From Octopus sinensis (taxonomy: Eukaryota), in assembly GCF_006345805.1 (NCBI RefSeq), contig NW_021832590.1, positions 124,001 through 188,000 of the forward strand: 64,000 bases of DNA. The letters are read 5' to 3'. The notes beneath the pieces were generated by a model. It saw nothing but the letters and a program-made list of their open reading frames with translations. It had not been told where the DNA came from and searched no databases. Made by a program: the position numbers and the translations under genes. Every line of letters starts with the position of its first letter. Within the stretch, counting starts at the first letter, position 1. Shown in pieces: positions 13,740-26,804 of this stretch.

Positions 13740-16270
13740 AAATGCCTTTGATTAAGATTAGCGGCCTATTAAACCAGCTGTCCGTTTTGTAGCTTCTGAT
13801 AACGTTGTTCTACCTTTTTCCGAAAATCTTAAGCTGTGTCGGAAGATCCCCCCAGCAACAGTGGTGGCATGGAAGGTCTCCGCCGTTCACAGCGCTTTTT
13901 GTGTAATAACGAAGAGAGTTATCAACTTGAATATTCTTAAGTTTATCGTAGAGAGAAGTCATAGTGTACCCAGGTAGCTTTGTAAGATTAATATAGTACT
14001 GAGTTTATCTATAGATGCTGGGCTCGCTTTTTTGTTTGACGTTGCCTTCAATCATGACAAATTCGATTTATTTTGAGGTGAGCCGTTCGTTCCAAAGGAT
14101 GGTTGGAATGGTGATTTTTTCTTCAAGGGCGGGTTTAAGTTGACTAACAAGAAGAGAGGTTTGTCATTCTTTATGGAAATCCAGTTAAAATTATTTCAGT
14201 ATTGTAAAAAGTGATTTCTTTCAAAAGAAGGTCGACAGTTTCTTGTTCATTTTTGCCTGCCTGAAGAGTTTTCAATGGTGAGACAATATAGGGTCTGAAA
14301 GAGCGAGCCCAATCCGTTTTTTTCGTTGTTAATGCTGCGGATGCTACACACCATTTTTCTCCTTTAATATGGCCTTTATAAAAGCAACAAAGAGGGGATG
14401 GGGATGAGTAAGTTTTGATTGAAATTCGAAATAGAACTGAACGCCAAGCATCCAAAGATAATTCTTGATTTCGACGATGCCACAAAGGTTTTCTTTTGGA
14501 TAAGTTCCGGTGATAAGAAACCCGGTTATGATCAAATAGTGGAAGTGCCCGAGGTACCTTATTCTTAATTTACCCGAGTTACCAACTGCTTACCCTCAAT
14601 TCTTGGCAACCCTCCCACTCCTTTGGTATTTCTTAATTTAAATACGTTTCTCTCGCTTAGCGGATTAAATATCCTAATTTATCCTTTGTTCATTCAGTTT
14701 AAATCTTATTAGCAGTCTGTCTCTCGTACGCCCCCTAGTAAGGAGGCACTCTTTAACCGGAACGAACTTGCAGAAGCGCGTTTATCTCATTCAGTTTAAA
14801 ACAAATTCATCCAGAGCGATATCTCTGGACCTGTGCCCGTAAATTCGTTCAACACCTCTATGGTTCCTCTATGTGATACTGCTCTAAATCAACTCACCAG
14901 CAAACACCCTCAGGCTCCTGCCAGCTTCCGTGCAATACCGTCGTAGGATTTGGTTCCGCCTATCCCGATCACCTTGTCAGAGAAATCGACCGTTCTAAAG
15001 TCTTTTGCGCCTAGCAGCAGCTGTGAGATAGACGTCTTAAACCCATTCATTTTCGTGATTTGGTTTATGATCTAATTATCATATCTGCAAGGTGACCAAC
15101 TGAGCCCACTGCTGTTTGCTTTCTCTGTTGACCATATCGTACGCAACCTTTCCTATAATGTTAATTTCTAATACTTACATGACGTAACAATTGGTAGAAT
15201 CACAGAATTCGTTATGAAGGACGTTAAGAGAATCACTTCTAGTTTCTCTAAGATCAGTCTTTCTTTAAACGACGGAAAATACGAACTTATCAATATTTCG
15301 CTTGTTCCTGGCCATATCTCCCACACGTTCTTTTCTCTTTCAGCCTGGTCGATGAGTTAAAGCTCACATCTATCAGCGATCTAGTTATCTTGGGTTCGCC
15401 AATTTTTGACCATGGTATAGTAAAAGTTTTACCGTCTAAAAGGAGGGAAATTAGGCTGCTTACTGATAGGATTTGTGGGCTTGGCTTAAATCTGGCTTTT
15501 TTCTTGCTGAAAAATTGTTTTGTTCCGTGGCTTACTTACATCTTTTTCCCCATGCTTTGTTTCTGTTTATTCCTTATCCAGAATCGACAATTTCATTCAC
15601 TGAACTTTAATATACCGTCTTAATTCAAGGTTCACTAGTGACGGTTTTACCCGTGACGCCTACCTAAACGTTTCGGGGGGATTGGGATTCGCTTTTTGCG
15701 GACCTGACCCTACCTTGTTATCTTTTTCATACCTCGGCTTTTAGGAATTTTGTTTCGGAATACTCTACTGCCTGCCGTGTTTGGTGCTCACTTGGCCTTT
15801 GTTTCCCTGCGATTACTTCAGTTCTAAAGTGCTGGCAAAATTTTCTGCTTAAATAAATTACGCAGATTTCACTAAAAGTCAAACAAACTTCAGCTTGCCT
15901 TACTAAGCCATATACGGGAGATTGACTCAAAGCACTCCCTATCCCTCGGACGAGATTACTACCGGACAATGGATCCTTACAGATTAGTATGTTACGCTTT
16001 GCATCCCACTTGTGCAGGTGCAAGACTACAATTTTGCTAAACGACTTGCACGCCTTGTCATGGAACAAAGATGCTTTTAGAATTCCTGATAATACTCAAC
16101 TTAAGTACGTCGTTAAAAGGGCTCTAGAGTCAGTAGGTTCCCTTCCACTCTAGAGCCGGTCGGTCTCTGCCAGAGTGACGGAAAGCGTCCCGAAAAGATG
16201 ACTACCTTTCGTTCTGGTGGAGACAAGTCTCTGGTTTGGGACACCATTCATGTTGATTCGTTCTCTGAGC
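13740..16270 (+). mobile_element. Heavily decayed CRE-like retrotransposon
   Basis: Fragmentary motifs: QGDQLSPLLFAF, YLHDVTIG, LGSPI, LP-x-RFGGIG, and a C-terminal GKRPEKMT...LVWD. Confidence 0.7.
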
Positions 16271-16652
16271 CGACGTTATTAAAGTCTTACAAAAAAATTT
16301 TAGAATATTTATGGAATCATTGAGTTTTAATGAAAGACTTGTGTAACTGACATGGCTAAAAGACATTCCAATAAACTCTAATGGAGATATCGTGACTAAC
16401 CCTGTTATGGAGATAAAGACTAAAATAGAGTTGGCAACATGATCTACTTCTAAGGAGAGTGATCACAAAATTGAACTAAAAATGGTATAGATGGAAGACT
16501 TGAAAAATGTCTACAATTTTCATTGAGTGTTTAATAATTAAATGTTCGCGTCAAATTATAACTGAGACAATAAAAGTCGCAATAAGATTTAGCTCGACCT
16601 AATTCAATGTAAATTGAAAGAATGATAAGGAAGAATAAAATTGACAATAAAA

Positions 16653-18769
16653 TCAAAATTCAAACAAATCATTGGGAGCGAGAGTACTGTAGTCAACTAA
16701 AGCTCGGGGATCGTTAGTTCTACAAAAATGTCAGAAACTCCAAACTGATATCGCCGAGAACTACGTTCTTCTCTGTGTCTTATTCCTTTTTCTACTTCCC
16801 TCGCAGGTCTATAAGCGGTATTCGAGGATGGGTGAAGAGGAAGACTGGGCCTGAGGGGATCACGAATGTAGTTATTAAAGTAAATAACCTGACAATTGAA
16901 AAACATATAATACCTCTTCCTTACACTCGGCTATTTTATCGCTATACTTATTGAATATATGTTTGTGCACAAATTCTGGGCCTTTGAACTTTTTCCCACT
17001 CAGAGGACACAAAAACTTTTCTACTGCCAGCTCCTGTGTATTCTCATCAAGGAACTTCTCCACAGCACTAGCAGTCAAATAATCTAAATCACCTCTCCTC
17101 GTCTCTCAATCCAAGTTGTCGTGCCTCATCATCACTCAAAGGAGTACAACATTTGAAAAGTGGCTCCAACCGCTTCCTTCCTTCATCCAACCAGTCTTCT
17201 AATACTACAAAATCAGGCAACCACATAACCCTGTTCAGAAATAAACGACTCAGACAAGGTAAAGTCCGAAGGCCGGACGTGAAGAACGAGACACTTGCAG
17301 GGCATTTGGTCTTCCAGGACGTACTCCACTCCCTTGTAAAAGTCGACAGAGTAGACGACTCGAAGGTATAGAATGAGTGTGTCCAAGTACTCTAAGAGAG
17401 AAGTGTCCGTGACTTTTGCCACATCTCTTTTCCTCAAATACTCGCTAGTCGTCAATCCTACCACTTTATAGAAAATTAGACACCTAGACACTCGACCATT
17501 CCAAAATCACCAGAATCTACCACAAACTGTTCAATGTTCTGCAGAAATGGATTAGTCTGTGTACTCAGAACACATACAAAAACCTCATCCTGATTCCACA
17601 TACCCCAATAAGTGTCCAGTACAGTGACAAGTCGAGCACACGCCAACAAATCAGCTCGAGCGACACGATTGCAGAACGAATTGGGAGTGACTGCTTTAAT
17701 TCGGTCTCCATACATATTGTGCTCAATCACACCCGACAATTCACACTCCTTCAACTAAACACTGCAGAACACTGCCTTACTCGCAGTTGATTCACATTCC
17801 AGCAAATATCTTTGATATTCACCGATGACTGGAAAGTCAACCACGTGCGTCTGAGCCACCTTCGGTTGGGGGATGGGTCTTGGAGAGCACATCGAATAAA
17901 TCCTTCGTACTGTCTGCCCAACTAGACACTATTTCAACACAATCCAACCGCTTCGACTTCTTTCTTGGTTATATCAGGAGTAATACTCCGAAATGACAGT
18001 GCCTGGTGTCGGTGAAGTCCACATCCTGGGGATTCCATTTTGCCATTCAAATCGTCTTCTCCAGAATTTTTTGACAAGTTTCTGAGTAATTAATTAGAAA
18101 TGGCACTTTTTTGCAAGACCTTCGACCTGTCCTTGACTTGAATCGAGAATATTGAGATCATCATGTGTACCTCCCTCCAATAATATGACAACTAAAGTCT
18201 CAAAGCAGCCCAATACCAGCATCCAGGAATTTCTCAATGTCAGAGGACTTGTTTATCTCTAAACTGATGGGGGAGAGTCTCCGATTTTCCCACAGCCACT
18301 GGAATATCCTCAGTCTTTCCTCAATTGCCTTCTTCCTTTCAGCTTGAACCGCGACTGAGTCTTTGGGGTGATATTTTTTCCGGAACCTTAAAAATAAGTT
18401 GAATGGGACAATTGCCATTCTTCATTTTTGTGATTTTCAAAAAAGTTTGAAATAAGTTTGTTCTGAAAGTTGTCTTTGAATATGGTGTATTTCCTTTTGG
18501 CTTCAGCATCGTCAATTCCGTCGTCTTGTGTGGCCAGAAATTGTTTGAATGTAAGTATTTGTGGTTTGTAGTTCTGCTCAATGTCGTGTGGCTTGGATCG
18601 CCTGAAGGAATGTTCGTCGGAAGAACCAGAATATCTCGTCCTTTTTCGACTGTGAGATAATTTGTGGTCTCTAAATATTGATGTATATCAACTCTTGCCT
18701 ATCGTTTCGATAGCGATCACGGGATTTATATCTATCGCTATCCCCACTGTCATTGCTGGACCACGTCAT
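16653..18769 (-). CDS. SRRT: Serrate RNA effector / Ars2
   Basis: [14 protein letters not shown]...FRKKYHPKD...RLRIF...IEKFLDA...[17 protein letters not shown]...[24 protein letters not shown]...DPRALVDY...NDLFEF*. Confidence 0.95.
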
Positions 18770-18949
18770 AAAAATACACTTTTTTTTATTAAATTAATAT
18801 TTATAAAACATAGGAATTTAGAAAAGTAGGAACTGGTAAAACTATTTAAATTGGGATATTAATGGTGTTTATATTCTTAAAATAAAATATGATCAGAAAT
18901 CTCACTGAATTACTGGTAAATTGTCTGTTATTATGATATTTTTCATTTC

Positions 18950-19210
18950 TCGTCAGTTGCCGAGCCTGGCTCTCGGCAAAACTTGCGGAGCTTACAAAAT
19001 CAAGAAAATACTCGTCCCTCGCTAGAAATCAAATTTTTGCGCCAATAGCCGTCGAGACATTAGGGGTAATCAATCCGAAATCACTTTCTTTTTTTCGTCG
19101 GCTGGAGACAAAGATCGCTAAGAAAAGCAAAAACCCCAACTTAGACTCGTCATCTTCTCCAAAGAGTCTTAGACAAGCCATCTTATGTGCCGGCAATTCA
19201 AAATCGTTAA
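18950..19210 (+). mobile_element. CRE-like 3' end fragment
   Basis: KSRKYSSLARNQIFAPIAVETLG motif. Confidence 0.7.
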
Positions 19211-19499
19211 AATAAATTGTTCTACGTCTATTATTAAATTTTAACCATTCCTCTGGTCAATTTGTTTTAAATTTTTAGGTAAATTTTTTAATCGGCCATT
19301 TTTTTAATAAAAATTTAAATATTATAATTATATTATAATTTTAAGCATCAAAATAAATTTAAAATAAATGACATTTCCTTTTATTGTAAAAGTCTTCTAA
19401 ATTATAAAGTGTATATGCATAAAAATGAGCTTTCAGATTTTATAAAAGCTAAAAATATTCGTGAAAAATATCCCAAAGAATTTTATAATTATACCGAAT

Positions 19500-19990
19500 G
19501 TAATGCTTTTTTGTAAACGAACTCGATAAATTGAGGAATTGAGCCTTATTTGAAAGTGCTGGGCATCTATTTTTTTAAGTTTACTTGCCGCAATATAGTA
19601 GAAATTTTAGCTCAACAAAAAAAAGTTATTTTGAATTATTTAATTGTTAAGGTTTTTTGTTTGTGAACGAAACTGATGTTGGAAGAAACAAATTTGTCAA
19701 CTGTCTATTTGGAACGTTTGCAAATTTACAAAGATATTATCTAGAAAATTATATAACATTTGATTTTTTTCCAAATTCTTCTATCATAGGTCAAAATTAT
19801 TAATGACACTATAGGGAAAATTAATTAAAAAAAGAATTTTTCTCTCCATATCACTGATGCTGCTTCATATATGGTTTGTGCAGGAAGTACTCTCAAATTA
19901 TTATATTGTGATCCATACTACATCACATGTTTTGCTCATTTAGTGCATAATTATGCACTTAAATAAAAGTAAATTATCAAGTCAAAAAAA
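19500..19990 (+). mobile_element. hAT-like transposase fragment
   Basis: ITDAASYMVCAG...TCFAHLVHNYA, i.e. the D...CxxH region of hAT-type transposases. Confidence 0.6.
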
Positions 19991-20229
19991 TTGATTGCTT
20001 GTGTCGAAACACTTTTTGTTAAATTAAAAAATTATCTGCTCACACGCCAACCAGTTTCAGTTGGCAAGTATTCATCGCGCTTGTCAACCACATTCGGCAG
20101 ATTGGCTCAATGCGCTACCGATCTCGTAAGTCTGTATGTTCCTGAACAATTAATCAATCAGCATCTGTATACGAGTTGTATTTTTAGGTCGATTTTTAAA
20201 CAATTTTTAAAATTTCGAAGTCCATGAGG

Positions 20230-20500
20230 CAACTGTAAAAATGTTCCGCTCGTTCTATCCCGGGACGGAATTGTTTCACAGTACTACAGACATCACATGG
20301 ATTCGTTCAAAGTTGAGGTCTCGGTGAGAGTATATATCCGGTCTGTTTCTCTGAAAAAGATCTTGATAGTATGAATTTAAGCACTGTGATTGGATTCAAA
20401 TAGCTGAAAATTCTCACTTGAGGATCACAATACAGGATCGAGAGAACATACACCTACAGGATGACCAGGCACCAAGTGAAGGAGAGCTAAGAGAAGAAAT
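20230..20500 (+). mobile_element. R4-like (REL) retrotransposon 3' fragment
   Basis: NVPLVLSRDGIVSQYY, homologous to the LVLTWD-x-IT motif at 27620-27960. Confidence 0.55.
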
Positions 20501-20674
20501 AAATAAGGAACTAATTACAATTAATTTTAATGAAACTTTGCTTTTATTGAAATTATATAAAAAGTACTTTCACAAAGGCAAACCTAAATAACTATACATG
20601 CATAATTGATATTTACAAAACTATTTGCCGCATTAAGATGATTAACAATAGTCTTTCGAGGTAGTTTTAAAACG

Positions 20675-21565
20675 ATGTTTTCTAATTTAGATCAACCCAA
20701 TGTGGATCAAATGGACTTTCAATCATGGAACAATACGTCATGGACTTTAAGGATACTTTTGGGAGTATTTTTACATAATTTTAACTACAAGCAAATCTCT
20801 CATCGAATGATAGTGACAATTCTGTTTTTCGACGCCTCAATGAAACCATCAAAATGCTCTCGAACAAGGATTCGAATATGCCGGTATGACTACGTCATTG
20901 CTGTCAGATGGTTTCTGACAAGTCGATTGCGCTTTGAGCATTTTAGATAGGAAATATTCTTTTAAAATGCCTGCTGATTTAATAGACAGAACTTAGAATG
21001 ATTGATACAACTTTGTCGATTTTTTAAGAATAGATTAATCCTCTTAACTACAATTTTTAGAAGTCTTTGGAAAGCGAAAACGTGTCTTTTTTGAAAGAAG
21101 GTTTTTTTGAACTGCAAAACTGTTCTGACAGTGACGTAAGTGATGAAAACCAAGTACCAGAAAGTTTGCCATTGTAAGATTCATTTTAATTTGAATAAAT
21201 ATTGGAACAATTAGTGGTATTTATTTTTAGATATAGCTACGTGCATTTGGAATCGTCGATTTACTGCCACATAAACCCAAGAGAACGTAAAAAATTAAAA
21301 CGAAAGTTGAACGTATCTAAAATCTCAGAATTTTTACTTTCCGGAAAAGGGAAAATAAATTCGTTGAATAAATCGGTTTCTTGACGTAATCCTTATATAC
21401 AAGAAATTTCATTTTTATAAAGTTAAAAAGGCAGTAATTTCACCTAAACAGCCAAGAAAAGCTCAAAAAACAGGAAAATGTCGCAAATTTTACGGAATTC
21501 ATCAGAGGGATTCTTGGTGTAACCAGTGCAAGTGGAAAAAGGCTTGCATTCGATTTGATCCATAA
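20675..21565 (+). CDS. C-clamp (CR3) domain protein, ZNF395/ZNF704/SLC2A4RG-like; 5' exons uncertain
   Basis: Last exon, after a 28-nt intron, reads KAQKTGKCRKFYGIHQRDSWCNQCKWKKACIRFDP*, matching the HDBP-type C-clamp pattern KKCRKVYG...WC-x-x-C-x-WKKAC-x-RF. Confidence 0.65.
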
Positions 21566-21599
21566 ATTATATTTTAAAGAATAAAATTGATATTATTAC

Positions 21600-22080
21600 T
21601 TCATTTCACAAATATTGGGGATTTATAAAGCAATGAACATGGAATTAGATCTCCTCTACCTAAATCCGAATGATTCCACACTGACTGAACCCTTAAAGCA
21701 CTTGTGGAAGAAGTAGCCTTCGGTGTATGCTTGTTTTGTGCTTCTCTTGAATATAGACACCTAGAAAACCAGGAAAGGTGCTCGTCGGAACTAAAGTTTA
21801 CACACTTCATTTTGGACTCCTTCTGCAAAGGACATGATTTAAGATCGTATCCTTCTCCAAAAATGACACCCCTCTCCTGATTCTTACAGAATCTATATTC
21901 TCAATTTTTTGGACTCCAGTCAGGGAACGGACATTGTGTTTGTCAAAGAAAAGCGAACTTTTGGACCCGTAAGCAAGGTGAGCCAGTCATGATCTCAGGC
22001 GTACGCTGCGAGTATGATTCCAACATACAGTTTCTCCTCAGATTGTTGGACCCATTAGAGAAATCCAGCATCACTGCAAA
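21600..22080 (-). mobile_element. CRE-like RT mid-domain fragment
   Basis: SLFFDKHNVRSLTGVQK, homologous to the region preceding GVQQGDP. Confidence 0.5.
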
Positions 22081-22259
22081 GGTATTTGGGAGTGTCTTGT
22101 GACAAGTGAAAAAAAGTTAGGTGAAAAAAAGGATTTTAACAAATTCTGACACATTGTTGTGGTGTATTTAATGTTAACCAAATCTGTAACATTGGCTCTT
22201 GTTTTTATCATAAATAATTCATCCTTGGTAGCAATCAAACTGCAAATCCATCTCAGACA

Positions 22260-23013
22260 ACCTTGCATTGAGGCTCGAACAGCATCGCCTTGCCTGCTTA
22301 CGCTCTGCAAGCATCGCTTCATTCCTATCGCGGGGGTAACCGCCCCTCTAACGACTTCTTTCATCAAAGAAGTCCCAGTCTGGAACTTTTCTCGATGATT
22401 ACTGTGTGAGGATTGACATATCAATGCACTTGGGAATTAATGTTTGTTCGGAGGGCCAATGCCGATGTGAGAGTAAAGTCGATACCAAAGGACTACACCC
22501 CTTTTCATGGAGAAGGAGTGCTGGGCGTGTACCCAGATATTCCGTTATCAACGAGATTATTTCGACTGCGTTACAAGCTGCAGGATTCCCTTCCGAACTT
22601 GAGCCTGTTAGGCTTTAGCGTGCAGACGGGAAACGCCCAGATGGAGTCACCTTTTTTCCGTGGATTAATCTGAAATGCCTCGGATGGGATTCTACATGCA
22701 CGGACACTTTCTCGAAAACGAATATAGTCGACTGGGCAATCAGTCCAGGGTCAGCCGCTAAAAAGGCTGATGAACATAAAATCTTGAAATACTCCAACCT
22801 GTAGGACAACGTGATCTTTTCCCAATGTCTGTAGAAACATCCAGAGCCATGAGCAACAAATCTTCTAAACTCGTTAGAAGAATCGGGAAACTGATCTCCA
22901 GAAGACAAGAACCTCGGGAGAAGCAATGGCTGTTCCAAAGAATCTCATTTCAAATTCTGAGGGGCAACGTCTTCTCGATCATTGATAGTTTTAGATCAAA
23001 ATTCATTGAATAA
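22260..23013 (+). mobile_element. CRE-like 3' half (zinc knuckle + REL), with frameshifts
   Basis: GTFLDD...CRC...GLHP...RSAGR...DGKRPDG...WDSTC-x-DT...ETS...QRISFQILRGN...IE*. Confidence 0.85.
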
Positions 23014-23044
23014 AATATGTTAATCTATTTGTCGTGTCTGTAGT

Positions 23045-23500
23045 TTGCCAGGCTGAGACTGACGCGATCGAAGATGACTTAGAGTGTACTATCGCAAGGG
23101 ATATCCGCCAAATAAGCATTTCGAATCGCAGGCATTGCCTGTGAATGTAGACATCCGAGATCCGATCTCCTGCACGAAGCTAATTGGCCTTTTTTCAAGG
23201 AACCGGAAGACTCAACAGCGAATGAAAGGAATTTGTATTTCTCCATAAGCAAAGAGTACTTCCTCATCTTTTTGCACTGTGACGATTGATCCAGGGGCGG
23301 ATGGGGACATCAGCAGGTTCTGAGGCGAGAATGAGTCCACACGCGTCTCAGGTGAGTGGCTTTCTTCTGTTGAGGAAAAATACAGTGATCCCGTCCGGTC
23401 TCTTCACATCCCCCTGATCGATCTCAGTTGGTTCAAGTATGGAGGGAATCCACCGATTTTTGCCTAGGAACCAAAATTAGCGTTTCTGAGAGACATTACT
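23045..23500 (-). mobile_element. CRE-like 3' end
   Basis: RPDGITVF...KYSLL-x-EKYKFLSFAVESSG...RISLAIVHSK. Confidence 0.8.
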
Positions 23501-24555
23501 TTAGTTTTTAATCAATGCGTTTTCTGTCAGTCAATTTGTTCTTCTCTTCTAATTAAAGCTAATCTCTTCAATGGAAACATTCCTCCATCTTACAGCCCCG
23601 GCCTCTTCTTTGGACGTTCTCAAGTTCAACTTAATGGTCGCACTCGGTAACGTTTCCTTCGTTGTTCCATTTGTAAACCAGACTTTTGGCATTATTCCAG
23701 CGGGATCATTCTAAACTCATGTTCTGTAGACACCTTCTCTAATGTTTTCCGGGTAATCACACACTAAATGTAAGATAATACGTCAGTCGTGCTGGAAATC
23801 GACAAGGACAGTGTAGCGTTTTTTTATTTGTAGCCAAACAAGTTAATACATTTTTTGATCTGTCATCTAACAATCAATATTAGAATATTTTATTCTGGCG
23901 ACACGTCAATTTTACGCCACTTAACTTAAATTATCAACATGAGAACATGTATTGATTTAAGGCCGGGAAAAAGAATGTTTATTGAACTTTTAATTTGAAG
24001 ATGTTCAATAAGCATAAAACAGATGTTGTGGGTTGTTACTTATGCTTCCGAATAGGTCTATTATTTGAAAAAAAGTTTTAAGCGATGAAAAAACAAAGGT
24101 ATATTTTTGTTCTCACAATTTATTAACAAATTTGATTTTAAATGATGATTGTTATCATATTATTTAGAATTTATTCAAACTGCCATATGAATATTCTGAA
24201 AAAATTAATACTACAAATACTATTATGTTTACGATATATTTGGATTGAAAAATATTTTTTAACATGAGAATTAGACGCTGCGATAATTAGATATACTTGT
24301 GTTTCTGTATTTAATTTTAAGTAATGGAAACAGTCAATATTAATTAAAGAATTAGATATAGCTGAGATCCCTGACGTTACTAGATTTGCTGGAGTTTTAG
24401 ATGATTCTAGTGTCTGTATTGCTTATAAAAGCAACTTAATTAGAAAATAGATAAAAAAAAAGAAAGCTGAAATCAAACAATTAGAAAATTAACTAAAACA
24501 AAGACTTTTTTCCATTATTTTTGCAGTCTCCATTGCCCTTGAGACTAAATCACTA

Positions 24556-25393
24556 TTAACCAACCAAGGTCAGCCCCACACAGCTGTTCTGCATAAATTC
24601 AAATAATTTTGAGGCCATCCCCTCAAACTCTGGTTCCTTCCTGATTGCCTTATAGACTCCACTACACGTGAGTACTCTATCAAATGACTGGTGAGGCAAT
24701 ACGAATGTAATTTGACATTATTTGCCAGTAAATTGGCAGCCCCGCCCTGTTCTCTGTCCAAGATTGTAATTGCGTCTTCAACAATCAGTCCATTATTCCT
24801 CAGGTCCTTAAAAACTGTGATCAAAAATTACTTGGACGACTTGATTAATCGAATCCCCCCTGACAACAACATCTTCAACAACGAGACACCTCATTCCCTT
24901 TGTCCACGTCCCCTCGATTAATTTTTGTGTGCCATATTTCTTTAATTCCTTTCTTTTGAGTATCATTCCCTTATTAAGCCCGAGGGAGACACACTTTAAT
25001 AAGATATATAACTGACTGTGGCAAAACTGATGGCTGCAAAGGGCACTCCGCAAATGATATCGAATTCAAGAGCACTCTCCAATATTTTTGAACAGAGTAA
25101 ATCAATTGTTTGTTTCTTTGTAAATTGTATGAATTATGATAATACCATCACAATTGTGTGAGATGGGATAAGACGTAAGTCAAAGTACACTGAAGTTTGT
25201 TCTTGGTTCCCGAGAGTGAAATCTCCGAATTGAATCGATTCAATGTCTATTAGTTGCCGCACTAGTGCTTCCACTGAAGAAATTGAACTGTTCCTACGTT
25301 TTTGTTCAGATAAGAGGAATGTTAAACATTTAGGAGGAAGTGTGCCATCTTGTAAAATATTATTTTATGAAAATCAAAACGGTTGTCCAACAT
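24556..25393 (-). CDS. Orotate phosphoribosyltransferase (UMPS N-terminal half only); 5 introns (32, 30, 23, 25, 26 nt)
   Basis: IQFGDFTL...SVYFDLR...ICGVPFAA...RKELKKYGTQKLIEG...CLVVEDVV...DREQGG...LHSVLT...LVG* (TAA 24556-24558). Confidence 0.88.
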
Positions 25394-25454
25394 AAAAAAA
25401 TTAATTTAAATAATATTTAACTTAATAAAATATTATTAAATCCAAATTAGTAAG

Positions 25455-26800
25455 TTGATAAAAATGAAGATATTTCTCATCATGATAATTTTGATTTCAG
25501 CTTCCTCCTCTTTGCTTTTGATCCGCTTCCTTCAGCCAGATTCATGGGCCGGGATGCAGCATTTATGTCCTCGACAGGTTTCTCTAATGTCTCCTGGTGG
25601 TGCTTCCTCCACTCAGTCGTTCATTGATTGCATGATTTGTAGCCGTAGCCAAGAGTTTGTATTCAGGACGCATGCTCTCTACTGTCTTTTTAATTACGAT
25701 CGTCTGGACATAAGCACGAGTCGAATTTTAGACTTGTAGGGAGTTTTGGTAGTGCTTGTAAAATTTGTATACTATTCCATTTCATGTGAGAACCAGTGAT
25801 ACGACGTTCACATTTGAATTGTAAATTAACTTCAATTCGCTTCCCAAGAGATTGTATTTGTGTAATTTCTTGACTTCCGCATGCTTAAAAGATTGTTAAA
25901 AATAATCCCAACTTCGATGAACGTAATGATGTTCAGAACTTTGTCGTAGATAAAAATGTCTGGTTTATTATTATTGACTAAAGTATCCGTCTTTATCGTC
26001 GTTTCAACCCGTATTTCGACCACTTCATTCGAGACAGTCGACTGAACGGAGTGGGTCTTCAACTTCCTAGACTGTTTTATCCCATATTTTCGGCAGATGT
26101 GCAGATTCATGCACCTTACAACCTCATTGTGGCGACGTAGGTAATCACTGTTCAACATTCTGCCACATTTTGTAGCAAGATGATCCACAGTCTTTTTGGC
26201 GGCGTTGCAATGGTTGAAACAACTACCACCGTTGTCAAAGAATAAGTTGCGGTCCTGAACCATGCACAGCATTCCCTCCGACCTTGGAGAGTTGTTCCCA
26301 TGAGATAACCACCAGGACGATTCCCTTAGATTCACAACTAAATCGTAGCAAATGAACAAATCGAGTAAAGCGATTTTTTCCGTATCTGTTCAATTAAGTG
26401 CTTTATTTGCAAATCCTTTAGAACGCACACTAGAGAGCATGTGTACAAACTCTTAGCTACGGAGGCGAATCATGCAATTAATGAATTACTGAGTGGAGGA
26501 AACAGCACCACGAGACATCAGAAAAATCTATCGAGGACATAGACGCTTTCCGGAGTTGAAAATTGATACTTTCTGCATAGGAATTCTTTGATAGTGGCCA
26601 TGTTTGTTTTCTTAGATCTGACGGCCTTCAAAATTCCATCTCTCCTCAAACAATAGGTCCTTGAGAACTCGAGAAGCATTCGCTCGTTTTGATGCATCAC
26701 AGAGACCAAATAAATCATATTTAACCAGGATTACCCTGGTTAATGCCCGTTCCCTTTGAAAGCGGGCAGCAGAGCTAATAGCTCTTATCAGCACAGCTCA
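25455..26800 (-). mobile_element. R4-like REL non-LTR retrotransposon, 3' half, decayed
   Basis: CNHC...VDHLATKC...LRRHNEVVRC...IRVETTIKTD...KPDIFIYDK...IEVG (CCHC knuckle + PD-(D/E)xK). Confidence 0.85.
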
Positions 26801-26804
26801 GATA

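Noticed and set aside
25455-25739. Plus ORF MIKMKIFLIMIILISASSSLL... looks like a secreted peptide
   Set aside because: It is the antisense of the R4-like element's 3' end; the same sequence recurs at 26430-26545.
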